IMG/VR virus record: IMGVR_UViG_3300048121_000534
Coordinates: 1-24,307 of that record
DNA from: a virus
Taxonomy: Duplodnaviria > Caudoviricetes
Reading direction: 5' to 3' (one strand)
Length of the DNA stretch: 24,307 bases
This document shows positions 1 to 7,976 of this stretch, one piece after another. Numbering within the stretch: position 1 is the stretch's first letter; each line of letters starts with the position of its first letter. A program made the translations under genes and the position numbers. The notes beneath the pieces were generated by a model. That model saw only the letters and a list, made by a program, of their open reading frames with translations, was not told the origin of the DNA and did not search any database.

Positions 1-31
1 TATATTTTTTGTAAAATTACTAAAATAATTT

Positions 32-865
32 TTAATCCTTTGTCAGCTCATTGATTGCTAAGCCAGCACCGATATTAAATAGTAAATTACTTGATCGGCT
101 AGGTTGGTTTGACTGATCTGGATAATATATAGCTGAGCATCTACAATTAACAACATTTCTAGCTGATCCCTCACCTGGTCGCATAATAGCTTCACCACCA
201 ACAATAAAAGAATCTTTATGTTTTACCTTTTGCCCATTAGCAACAGCGTGCCAATCTCTCTCTCTGCCATCTAATGATGTTGACCACTCTTTTATAAGAT
301 TTTCACCGGGAAATACAGTTAAGGCGCTTTGCTCAACTCCATAATTAGCGGCCCTTGTAGTTTCTGTTCTAACTAATCTTTGAGCTTGATACCTAGAATA
401 TTTTTTAAATTGTTTTTTTAATATCCTAGCTTTTGCATCATAACCTAAAGTCATAAACTCAGGATCACTAAATAATCTTTGTGTTATTTTAATTAATGTT
501 TTTTTTGCTGTTCCACTTACTAAAACAACATTCGTTGCTGCTACTTGTTTTGCATATAGAGCAAATGACGCTTGCCATTGGTCGACATAATCTTTGCTAG
601 ATACACCTTTTTTTATGAGTTTATCAAAAGTTTTAGCATACCATTTAGCAAAATGCATTGATGTATCTTGATATAGCTCATTGTATAGTTTATCAAAAAA
701 ATCTACTGTAAATAAATATTGATAGTTTGTATTGCCAGTATCTAAAACATTGTCAACACCTTTATTGTATTCAGCTTGATAGTATCTTGTAAATCTTGAG
801 ATGTTACGTTTTTCAGTTATTCTCCTTTGTTTTTCAAATGCATCTCGCCATTTTCCATTACTCAT
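32..865 (-). CDS. Minor head morphogenesis protein (MuF / SPP1 gp7 family)
   Basis: Motifs RAQRLVRTETTRAAN, KEWSTSLDGRERDWH and VVNCRCS; directly downstream of the portal gene and overlapping its end. Confidence 0.88.
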   Translation of the reverse strand: MSNGKWRDAFEKQRRITEKRNISRFTRYYQAEYNKGVDNVLDTGNTNYQYLFTVDFFDKLYNELYQDTSMHFAKWYAKTFDKLIKKGVSSKDYVDQWQASFALYAKQVAATNVVLVSGTAKKTLIKITQRLFSDPEFMTLGYDAKARILKKQFKKYSRYQAQRLVRTETTRAANYGVEQSALTVFPGENLIKEWSTSLDGRERDWHAVANGQKVKHKDSFIVGGEAIMRPGEGSARNVVNCRCSAIYYPDQSNQPSRSSNLLFNIGAGLAINELTKD

Positions 866-2618
866 TTTCTATTTGCTTTAATTTTTTATCAGCATAAGTA
901 AGCATACTTTGACCACCCCAACCCAAAAAAGCAACATATCCTTTGTCTTTCCAAGGAGTGTCTCTATAATCAGGATTTATTTTATCATAGCCACCGCCTT
1001 TTGTCCTAGATAAAAAACTAAAAGTTCTTTTCAAAGTTGATAAACTAAGTGATTCCCTAGATATTAATTGATTCATTCTAGCTAAGCCAACCTCAGTCAT
1101 TCCATTTACTTCACTACGCCCATGCTTTTCAATCCAATTTTTAACTCGTTTTGCATTATTTGTAGCGCTTTGTGGATAGTCATTATAAGTTGCTTTGACT
1201 TCGATGCTTTCTTTAACTTCTATATTATCGACTTTAGTTTTTTTTTCCTCTTGTTCTTGTAAAGCTGGCTGAGGATCTTCAATATCAATATCACTACCAG
1301 ATGCTGGAATTAAATTAGCTGGTATATAATAATCATCTAGTATTGGATTTTCCTCATCAGCTCCAAAACTCATTGCAGCTCTTTTTTCATTTGGAGTTAG
1401 CCACCATGCCTTAGACATTTGATCAACTACCTTTTCAGTTTCCTCTTGTAATTCTGGGATAACACTATAATCAAACTCAATACATAGTTTTTCGCCATAC
1501 TTTGGCGCTAACCATCTATTTAATTCATCTTGTATTTTGTTTAGCTCTGGTATAACACAATTTTGATATAATGCTTTTTTAGCTTCTTTTACGTTGTTAA
1601 ATGTTGAGCTTTCTGTATTATTTAAAAGTGTAACCGGTACGTTGTAGATATTACAAAGATCTTTTATAGATGCATTGTATTGCTCTATTAAACTAACATC
1701 ACTTGCATTTAATCCAAAATTAACCCATGATAATTTTTTTGGAGTTATAATTATATCACCAGCATTATCAGCACCTTGAAAGTTTTTTCTAAACTTATCT
1801 TTTAATTGTTGTGCTTGAACTTCGTTAAGATCACCCTCATCACTCATAAGTACACCTCTAGCTGTTTGGTTTTGTAAATATTTAACCCCAGTTTGTACAG
1901 CTTCATTATTTGTTGTCATTGATCTTAAACCAGCTCTTAATGGTGATTGCCCATAAAGATGTGAACCAGATCCATCAAAGTAAGGGTTAAAATCTTTTAT
2001 ATGGCATATTTGATCAGCTGGTATTTTATATTGGCCATTGTACTCAATAGCATATTCTTTTACTGGTTGCATATAACCACCAGATATAATTTCCATTAAT
2101 TGACTAGGCATAACATATAGCTCCTTGTATTTACCAGCACCATTGCCAGTTTCAGGCGCAATGCCATAAATGTATCTGTTGCCGGTTAATTTACCAAATG
2201 CAATTAGCTCAGTTATCCAAGATGCATAAGATTGTGATGGATTTGGTCGTTCTAATAATTTATGTAAATCAGTATCCTCTAACTCAACTAATGCTTTCTT
2301 TTTCAAATAGTTTGCTTTGTGCATAACACTAGGGTCCAGTATGCCATTATTCATGGCTTTATATCTTTTATAATCATTGTCATTTACCTTTTCATATACT
2401 TGAAATGGTATTGATGATGCGGCTTTTGCAATGATATTTACTAATGAATATACAGTTGAGTTTTTTCTGTAACCCTCGTTTATATATGTTGTGTCGTTTT
2501 CTGGATTCCAAACTATGCTTTCACCAAGCCAGTTATAAATAGCTTTGTTATATTCTTGTGCTGTTTGTTGAGCATTTTTGGTTAATAGGTTTCTGAATCG
2601 GTCAAAGAATGATGCCAT
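858..2618 (-). CDS. Portal protein (HK97-like) with acidic linker and an extra ~110 aa C-terminal domain
   Basis: NSTVYSLVNIIAKAASSIPF, LLERPNP, GNRYIY, ICHIK...YGQSPL, DLCNIYNVP, LTPNEKRAAM; follows terL. Confidence 0.93.
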   Translation of the reverse strand: MASFFDRFRNLLTKNAQQTAQEYNKAIYNWLGESIVWNPENDTTYINEGYRKNSTVYSLVNIIAKAASSIPFQVYEKVNDNDYKRYKAMNNGILDPSVMHKANYLKKKALVELEDTDLHKLLERPNPSQSYASWITELIAFGKLTGNRYIYGIAPETGNGAGKYKELYVMPSQLMEIISGGYMQPVKEYAIEYNGQYKIPADQICHIKDFNPYFDGSGSHLYGQSPLRAGLRSMTTNNEAVQTGVKYLQNQTARGVLMSDEGDLNEVQAQQLKDKFRKNFQGADNAGDIIITPKKLSWVNFGLNASDVSLIEQYNASIKDLCNIYNVPVTLLNNTESSTFNNVKEAKKALYQNCVIPELNKIQDELNRWLAPKYGEKLCIEFDYSVIPELQEETEKVVDQMSKAWWLTPNEKRAAMSFGADEENPILDDYYIPANLIPASGSDIDIEDPQPALQEQEEKKTKVDNIEVKESIEVKATYNDYPQSATNNAKRVKNWIEKHGRSEVNGMTEVGLARMNQLISRESLSLSTLKRTFSFLSRTKGGGYDKINPDYRDTPWKDKGYVAFLGWGGQSMLTYADKKLKQIENE

Positions 2619-2663
2619 TAAAATAAAATTTTATGTAAAAATACAAAATAATAAATTCTTTTA

Positions 2664-3845
2664 TTATACAACAAAAAAGTCGTTTCTATTTTTCCATCGT
2701 GAATATACAGCGTACCGGATTGAATCCATTAAGTGATCTTGTTGATTAGCTTTAGGTTTATTGATTATCGTGCCATCTTTTAACTCATCATACAGATATG
2801 ATAATTGTTCTTTTTGAATGTTTATTGATTCCTCACTAACATATATATCGAACTCTTTAAGTAATGATATACCAGCGTTTATACTCCCTTGTCCTTTTAC
2901 AGCTGGTTTTGCCCATATAGACATTTGCCTTAATTCCTCAATACTTTTCGGCTCAGCGCTATCACAATACATTAGCATATCATTTAATTTACTATCCTTA
3001 ACAAAGTTTGCAATGTCCCTATTTGTCATGCCCTTTTTATAAATAAGCTCATGAATGTATAAGCTATTATTATGTTTGCCCACTTTTACAATCGCTAAAT
3101 TATCTTGGGAAAATCCAAAATCACATCCAAGAATTTCATCATCTATTTGGGGAAAATCTTTATAAGGTATATAATTCCAATTTTTAAATATTTGTTTTTC
3201 ACTAAATACAGCTCTTTGTCCCTCACCATATACACGCCAATAATCTGGATCTCTCTCCCTTATCCTTTCGATTTCATTAATCAACTCTTTAGGTAAAAAT
3301 TTATTATCCTTATATGTAGATAAAAAAAGCTCTGCATCATCTCTCTCAGCCAAATCATACAAATAGTGTATAGGATCAGAGGGGTTAAAGTCAATAAATA
3401 TTTTTTGCCTTGTTCTCATGACTAGCTGTTGATAATCTTCAAAAAACAACTCATTACCCTCATTAATCCAAAGTATATCTCTTGAACTCCCTCTTATCTT
3501 TTGTGCATCATCAGCTGAAAACATCTCCAAAGTATGCCCATTAAATTCAAATGTATTTTCCGACTTGTTATGCACGCCATTCCAATATATACCTAATTCC
3601 TTAGAAATATGCAGAAAGTCCCTTAAAACCGATCTTTTGAGTGCTGGGAGTGTCTTTCTGACTATCGAAATAGTCAACGACTTTTTTTCAGTTGTCATAA
3701 GGTATAAACAATATTGCATAAGCGACCAGGATTTACCAGATCTTGTACCCCCTTGAAATATATTTAATCTTTTGTTTGAGTTTACTGCCTGGTAAAATTG
3801 TTTATTACAATACTCTTTTACTCTTTGTCTTTGGCTGGTGTCCAT
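2664..3845 (-). CDS. terL: Terminase large subunit (PBSX/SPP1-like)
   Basis: Walker A GGTRSGKS, Walker B ILWINEG, IDFNP, nuclease GCDFG, DSAEP and DHLMDSIRY. Confidence 0.95.
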   Translation of the reverse strand: MDTSQRQRVKEYCNKQFYQAVNSNKRLNIFQGGTRSGKSWSLMQYCLYLMTTEKKSLTISIVRKTLPALKRSVLRDFLHISKELGIYWNGVHNKSENTFEFNGHTLEMFSADDAQKIRGSSRDILWINEGNELFFEDYQQLVMRTRQKIFIDFNPSDPIHYLYDLAERDDAELFLSTYKDNKFLPKELINEIERIRERDPDYWRVYGEGQRAVFSEKQIFKNWNYIPYKDFPQIDDEILGCDFGFSQDNLAIVKVGKHNNSLYIHELIYKKGMTNRDIANFVKDSKLNDMLMYCDSAEPKSIEELRQMSIWAKPAVKGQGSINAGISLLKEFDIYVSEESINIQKEQLSYLYDELKDGTIINKPKANQQDHLMDSIRYAVYSRWKNRNDFFVV

Positions 3846-4177
3846 TCAATTAGTTTGCTTTCGATTGAGCCATCATGTTGTATTTCTTGTCTCTCAACAT
3901 AACCTCTTTTTTTTCCTTTGGTTTTCAGTAGAAATATTGTTGCTGTTGTATTTCCATCTTGTATTTGCTTATGTAGTTGGCTTTCGGCAAAATCTAAAGC
4001 TACATTTTGTAACTCATCGACTTTTTTCTTGAACTCTTGATCTTTATTATAATAATCATAATATGTTGCTCGGTTGCAACCAACCTTTTTACAAGCAGTC
4101 GTTACAACACCTAAAGATAACTCAAGAGCTTCTAATAAGTTCTTTTTTAGTGTGTTGGTTTTGTTGGTTCTTTTCAT
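3818..4177 (-). CDS. terS: Terminase small subunit (N-terminal HTH)
   Basis: LGVVTTACKKVGCNRATYYDY HTH, ATIFLLKTKGKKRGYVERQE tail; overlaps the start of terL. Confidence 0.8.
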   Translation of the reverse strand: MKRTNKTNTLKKNLLEALELSLGVVTTACKKVGCNRATYYDYYNKDQEFKKKVDELQNVALDFAESQLHKQIQDGNTTATIFLLKTKGKKRGYVERQEIQHDGSIESKLIEWTPAKDKE

Positions 4178-4181
4178 GCAA

Positions 4182-4189
4182 CAAAATTA
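4182..4189 (-). promoter_or_regulatory. Bacteroidota-type -7 promoter element (TAATTTTG) for the packaging operon
   Basis: TAnnTTTG located 4 nt before the terS ATG and just after a terminator. Confidence 0.55.
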
Positions 4190-4192
4190 CAT

Positions 4193-4221
4193 AAAAAAAA
4201 GGGAGTTGTGAAACCCCCTTT
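4193..4221 (-). terminator. Rho-independent terminator
   Basis: Minus strand AAAGGGGGTT-TCAC-AACTCCC followed by T8. Confidence 0.85.
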
Positions 4222-4267
4222 AATTACCTAATGCCAATAGAATTAACCTGGCTTTTTATATTAGGTT

Positions 4268-4462
4268 TTATTTTATTAAACTCAAACCAAGTTCATTGGC
4301 AACATAGTTGATGTGTTTTTGAGTTGTTACACTCCAGTAACCTAACTGGTGTAACTCATTGCCTTTTATTTCAGCTACCTTAGTTTTATAAGAATAGATG
4401 TCGTTTCCATTCTTGAATAAGTTTTTATTGTATCTTGAAAAATTTTCTTTTTGTAGTATCAT
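4268..4462 (-). CDS. Small hypothetical phage protein (early/accessory)
   Basis: 64 aa ORF with A-rich start; IYSYKTKVA...WSVTTQKHINY resembles small early phage proteins. Confidence 0.7.
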   Translation of the reverse strand: MILQKENFSRYNKNLFKNGNDIYSYKTKVAEIKGNELHQLGYWSVTTQKHINYVANELGLSLIK

Positions 4463-4480
4463 TTTATTAATTTTTATAGA

Positions 4481-4897
4481 TTAGTATATGTAACTTGGGT
4501 ATTCAACCTCTCTCTCAACATAAAACTTTTTTTCAACTAGTTTTAATAAGTTTACCCACTCATCAGCTAAGAACACATTGCCATCATTAGTTCTAATATT
4601 GTATAATAAACTTCCTAAAGAATATATAGCATCATTAGTATTTTCAAAGTGGTCATCTGATTCATAGTTAAAATCAATTTGCTCATTTTCTCTGTATTGT
4701 AAATTATAAGCTGTTCTATTAGCCACATAACCATACCATATTGCTCTACCTAAAGTTTCTCTAGCATCTTCAAAAGAAAATGTTTTTCTTGATTGAAAAA
4801 TCTCTGTTGTTTCAACAAAAGACAAGATGTTTTCGTTAGCTGTTAAAGTGTTTGTTAATTTTGAAATTTCGTTTTCTGTAAATAATTGTACTGACAT
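4481..4897 (-). CDS. Hypothetical protein (accessory)
   Basis: 138 aa ORF immediately behind a consensus-like promoter. Confidence 0.7.
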   Translation of the reverse strand: MSVQLFTENEISKLTNTLTANENILSFVETTEIFQSRKTFSFEDARETLGRAIWYGYVANRTAYNLQYRENEQIDFNYESDDHFENTNDAIYSLGSLLYNIRTNDGNVFLADEWVNLLKLVEKKFYVEREVEYPSYIY

Positions 4898-4921
4898 AAT
4901 TTTATTGTTTTAAATTCAATA

Positions 4922-4950
4922 CAAATATAAAAGAATTTTTTTAATTACAA
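4922..4950 (-). promoter_or_regulatory. Strong Bacteroidota housekeeping-type promoter TTG-N18-TATATTTG
   Basis: Both -33 and -7 elements are visible; shares an exact 18-mer with the promoter at 13766-13794. Confidence 0.7.
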
Positions 4951-4974
4951 AAATTTTTTTTACTTTTTTTTAGT

Positions 4975-5763
4975 TTACTCTATACCTTTAAATGCTTTCA
5001 GAGGGTAAAAAACTAAAGTATTTCTATATCCATCTTCAAAAGTTGGTATAATTGGTGTTACACCATGCACATTTCGCCACGCTGGATATACTAACATTGA
5101 GTTATCAGCGCTATTTACAGTAGCACCATAATCTGGTACAGTAGTATGACCACCAGTTGAGTTTTTTCTTTTTGCTATGATAACATTAGCACACCCTATT
5201 AGGTTACCAGCATCTCTATGAAAAGGTGCTGGAATATTGTAATTTGAAATACTACTTGTAAATAAGTTTCCAAACCTCCATTTTTTGCTAACATTTTCTG
5301 ATATAATCTTTTTTTGTTCTTTATATAAATCAGGTGTAATTTCTTTTATAATTTTTTCACTTTCTAAGCATAACAATAACATAGCTTTTATAAAAGTTTG
5401 TGCTGTTTTAACATTGTGTACACTACTTATTGTAGCATATGGTCGCCTCATATGAGGTTTAGGTGGTACACTTCCTATGATTGTTGAATATTGTAAAACC
5501 TCTTTGTCTTCGTTACCATCACCAAATCCACTTGATCTTTTCATCACACTTTTAGGAACTCTTTTAGATCTTAATTCTTTATCAGCTATATCAGCTAGTT
5601 GGGCCGCTTTTTGAAAGTTTTTAGATAAATCAGCTATATAAAATCCTATTGGCTTACCCTCAAAATAAAAAATACTATCCTCAGTAACATTTGGCTCAAT
5701 AGTGCCACATATATCACCTACTTTAACATCGTGTTCAATTTGTTTTAAATCTACTTTTTTCAT
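4975..5763 (-). CDS. 2OG-Fe(II) dioxygenase, TET/JBP-like (5-methylpyrimidine oxygenase)
   Basis: FTSSISNYNIPAPFHRDAGN (HxD), AWRNVHGVTPI (distal His), GYRNTLVFY (2OG-binding Arg); neighbours are ParB and a C5-MTase. Confidence 0.8.
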   Translation of the reverse strand: MKKVDLKQIEHDVKVGDICGTIEPNVTEDSIFYFEGKPIGFYIADLSKNFQKAAQLADIADKELRSKRVPKSVMKRSSGFGDGNEDKEVLQYSTIIGSVPPKPHMRRPYATISSVHNVKTAQTFIKAMLLLCLESEKIIKEITPDLYKEQKKIISENVSKKWRFGNLFTSSISNYNIPAPFHRDAGNLIGCANVIIAKRKNSTGGHTTVPDYGATVNSADNSMLVYPAWRNVHGVTPIIPTFEDGYRNTLVFYPLKAFKGIE

Positions 5764-6319
5764 TTTCTAATTTTTCTATTAATAATTTACCAACATATAT
5801 TTTATTCTCTCTAAACTCTTTCACTAAGTCAAAAGCTCTTTGATAATCTTCAAGATCAAAAGGTATCTGTAATGCTTTTTTAACATTACCGGTCATCTCA
5901 TCAAGCTCACCACCTAAATCAATGTCATCAAGTATTGAGTAATCTGGGTTTTTATCGAACTCAGGCAAGTTCAAACCCCAGTCATTCAATAATTCAGTAT
6001 TCCACTCATTAGCTAACATATCAAAATCCCAATCACCAAATCCAACATTATCTTTGATTATAAATTCTCTTTTTTGTTTTTCTGACCAACCCTCAGCTGT
6101 ATCAATCCAAACTTGTTTGATACCAGCCGATTCACACGCTTTTAATCTCATATTGCCACCCAATACAACCATTTTTTCATCTACTATGATTGGTCGCTTT
6201 TCCAACATTTCTGGAAATTCTTTGATTGATTTAACTAATTTTTTAAACTTGCCATCTCTAATGTATCTAGGATTATTAGGGTTCGGCTTAATTTTTTTTA
6301 TACTAATTTTTTGTACCAT
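5735..6319 (-). CDS. ParB/Srx N-terminal domain protein
   Basis: IKPNPNNPR, LVKSIKEFP, RPIIVD, VLGGNMRLKA and IIKDN; start moved to ATG 6319 (MVQKIS). Confidence 0.85.
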   Translation of the reverse strand: MVQKISIKKIKPNPNNPRYIRDGKFKKLVKSIKEFPEMLEKRPIIVDEKMVVLGGNMRLKACESAGIKQVWIDTAEGWSEKQKREFIIKDNVGFGDWDFDMLANEWNTELLNDWGLNLPEFDKNPDYSILDDIDLGGELDEMTGNVKKALQIPFDLEDYQRAFDLVKEFRENKIYVGKLLIEKLENEKSRFKTN

Positions 6320-6527
6320 GTTTGCTTTTTTGATTATACAAATATAAATATAAATCCCATATTTTATCACTTGCATCTTTTTGATATGCATAAGTTTTAG
6401 GAGATCTAATTAATTGGCCACTATCATTTATTTCAACATAACATTTTTTTTTGCCCTTAATAGGAACTATGTAAACCTTTATATTGTTTTTTAAACACCA
6501 GGATTGAGCTTTTAAATATATATTCAT
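6303..6527 (-). CDS. Hypothetical protein
   Basis: 74 aa ORF overlapping both neighbours, consistent with translational coupling. Confidence 0.7.
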   Translation of the reverse strand: MNIYLKAQSWCLKNNIKVYIVPIKGKKKCYVEINDSGQLIRSPKTYAYQKDASDKIWDLYLYLYNQKSKHGTKN

Positions 6528-6862
6528 TCGGTGCCTGATATTATATCTTTTTTATTTGAATCCTCAACTAGCATTGCAAACCCTAAGAATAAGTAATTTA
6601 AAGCATCTGCATAACGACTATCTATTGGCTCAGCTTGATGCATACTAGAATCGCCAGCATGGCTTAAAATCGCTTGAATATGCTTATTAAAGAACACCGC
6701 CCAAACTTCCATAGGTTGTATTCCAATACTTTTAGATGTTTGTTTAAAATTGTTTAATACATCAATACTTTTGTTTGTGTATTCTGGTTGCTTAGCATCC
6801 ATAATATCTTGAGCTTTATCTAAGATATATCTCTTGGTTTCCTCAAATTCTTTTTTTGTCAT
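6524..6862 (-). CDS. All-helical nucleotide-modification-associated protein (Nmad1/DUF1599, MazG-like fold)
   Basis: Pattern AKQPEY...NNF...FFNKH...EPIDSRYADALNYL recalled from this family; sits next to the MTase. Confidence 0.55.
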   Translation of the reverse strand: MTKKEFEETKRYILDKAQDIMDAKQPEYTNKSIDVLNNFKQTSKSIGIQPMEVWAVFFNKHIQAILSHAGDSSMHQAEPIDSRYADALNYLFLGFAMLVEDSNKKDIISGTE

Positions 6863-7974
6863 AATATATTTAATTTAATTTTATTTGCTATTGCCTCAAC
6901 GACATCAACAGTTACAGCATTGCCACACATTTTATACCTTTGTGCATCTGAAATTTTACCTTTAGTAATTCCAAATTTTGTCCAATCATCTGGAAAACCT
7001 TGTAATCTTTCACATTCAATAGGTGTTAATCTTCTGATTTTATCTGTATATACACCCATATTACACGCTGTATCTAATGTTTGTGATTGTTTTTTTCCCA
7101 CCCTACCTCTTTTAGTAGTTGAACCAGGGAAAGCTAAATTTATAGAATCTCCTGTGCTAGCTTCCTCATAACCTGTTTTAGTGCCAGATGAAACTTTTAT
7201 TACAGGTTGGCCGCTACCATCTTCTCTAGCTCGTGCTGATATAGTAGGAGACACTAAATCTGTTCTTGGTTCAAAACCTCTTTTATCTTTATACGTTCTC
7301 CATGTTCCAACCTCTATTTTTTCTTGTGCATTGAGTTTACGTTCAATAACGTAACTTCCTGATCCGTTTCCTGCATATCTTGCTGTGATTGTATTAATGT
7401 TTGCTTGTTGTCTTTGTAACTCATTAATCTGTCTATTGTTTTCTGTGATAGGAAATATTTGCCCTCTACTTTGTTTTGTAGAATATCCAACAAGGTAGAT
7501 TCTCTCTCTATTTTGGGGTAAAAACCAACTTGTATTAAGCAGTTGCCACTCAAGTCGATAACCCCCAATGTTGGCAAAGGTTTGGATAATTGCCCAAAAG
7601 TCGTCGCCATTGTTTGAGCTGAATGTTCCTTTAACATTTTCCCAGATAAAAACACTCGGTCGGCATTCACCGATGAGTCGTATTGCTTCACTAATAAGGG
7701 AGCTTCTATCTCCTTGCATACCCCTACGCTTTCCAGCCAAACTAAAATCTTGGCAAGGTGATCCGAAAGTGATAAGGTCAATTTTTGGGAGTTTTCCCCC
7801 TTGAACATCTGTAACTGATCCGACATATTTACTATTTTTAAAGTTATTTTTATATACATCTATTGCATAATTGTCAATTTCTGAAAAATAAGATTCAATC
7901 TCAAACCCAGCTTTTTCAAAACCAAGATGAAACCCACCTATTCCACTAAATAAATCTAATTGAGTTAATTTCAT
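6859..7974 (-). CDS. DNA (cytosine-5)-methyltransferase
   Basis: Motif I DLFSGIGG, IV GSPCQDFS, VI ENVKG, VIII QNRERIY, IX RRLTPIECERLQGF, X YKMCGNAV; start probably ATG 7974. Confidence 0.96.
   Translation of the reverse strand: MKLTQLDLFSGIGGFHLGFEKAGFEIESYFSEIDNYAIDVYKNNFKNSKYVGSVTDVQGGKLPKIDLITFGSPCQDFSLAGKRRGMQGDRSSLISEAIRLIGECRPSVFIWENVKGTFSSNNGDDFWAIIQTFANIGGYRLEWQLLNTSWFLPQNRERIYLVGYSTKQSRGQIFPITENNRQINELQRQQANINTITARYAGNGSGSYVIERKLNAQEKIEVGTWRTYKDKRGFEPRTDLVSPTISARAREDGSGQPVIKVSSGTKTGYEEASTGDSINLAFPGSTTKRGRVGKKQSQTLDTACNMGVYTDKIRRLTPIECERLQGFPDDWTKFGITKGKISDAQRYKMCGNAVTVDVVEAIANKIKLNIL
7314..7826 (-). CDS. Nested alternate-frame gene inside the C5-MTase (resembles the M.EcoHK31I beta-type polypeptide)
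   Basis: 170 stop-free codons from an ATG with an A-rich leader in an AT-rich genome; segments SGKMLKEHSAQTMATTF and ESTLLDILQNKVEGKYFLS. Confidence 0.65.
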   Translation of the reverse strand: MSDQLQMFKGENSQKLTLSLSDHLAKILVWLESVGVCKEIEAPLLVKQYDSSVNADRVFLSGKMLKEHSAQTMATTFGQLSKPLPTLGVIDLSGNCLIQVGFYPKIERESTLLDILQNKVEGKYFLSQKTIDRLMSYKDNKQTLIQSQQDMQETDQEVTLLNVNSMHKKK

Positions 7975-7976
7975 AA

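Noticed and set aside
1237-1246. Poly-T/A runs of 8-10 nt here and elsewhere as phase-variation sites
   Set aside because: Such runs are expected from Lys codons in AT-rich DNA, and no reading frame is broken
6320-6391. N-terminal extension of ParB in the track (similarly 12196-12297, 20331-20363 and 7975-7980)
   Set aside because: The extensions run into upstream genes or a hairpin, or use a TTG start; downstream ATGs with A-rich leaders fit better
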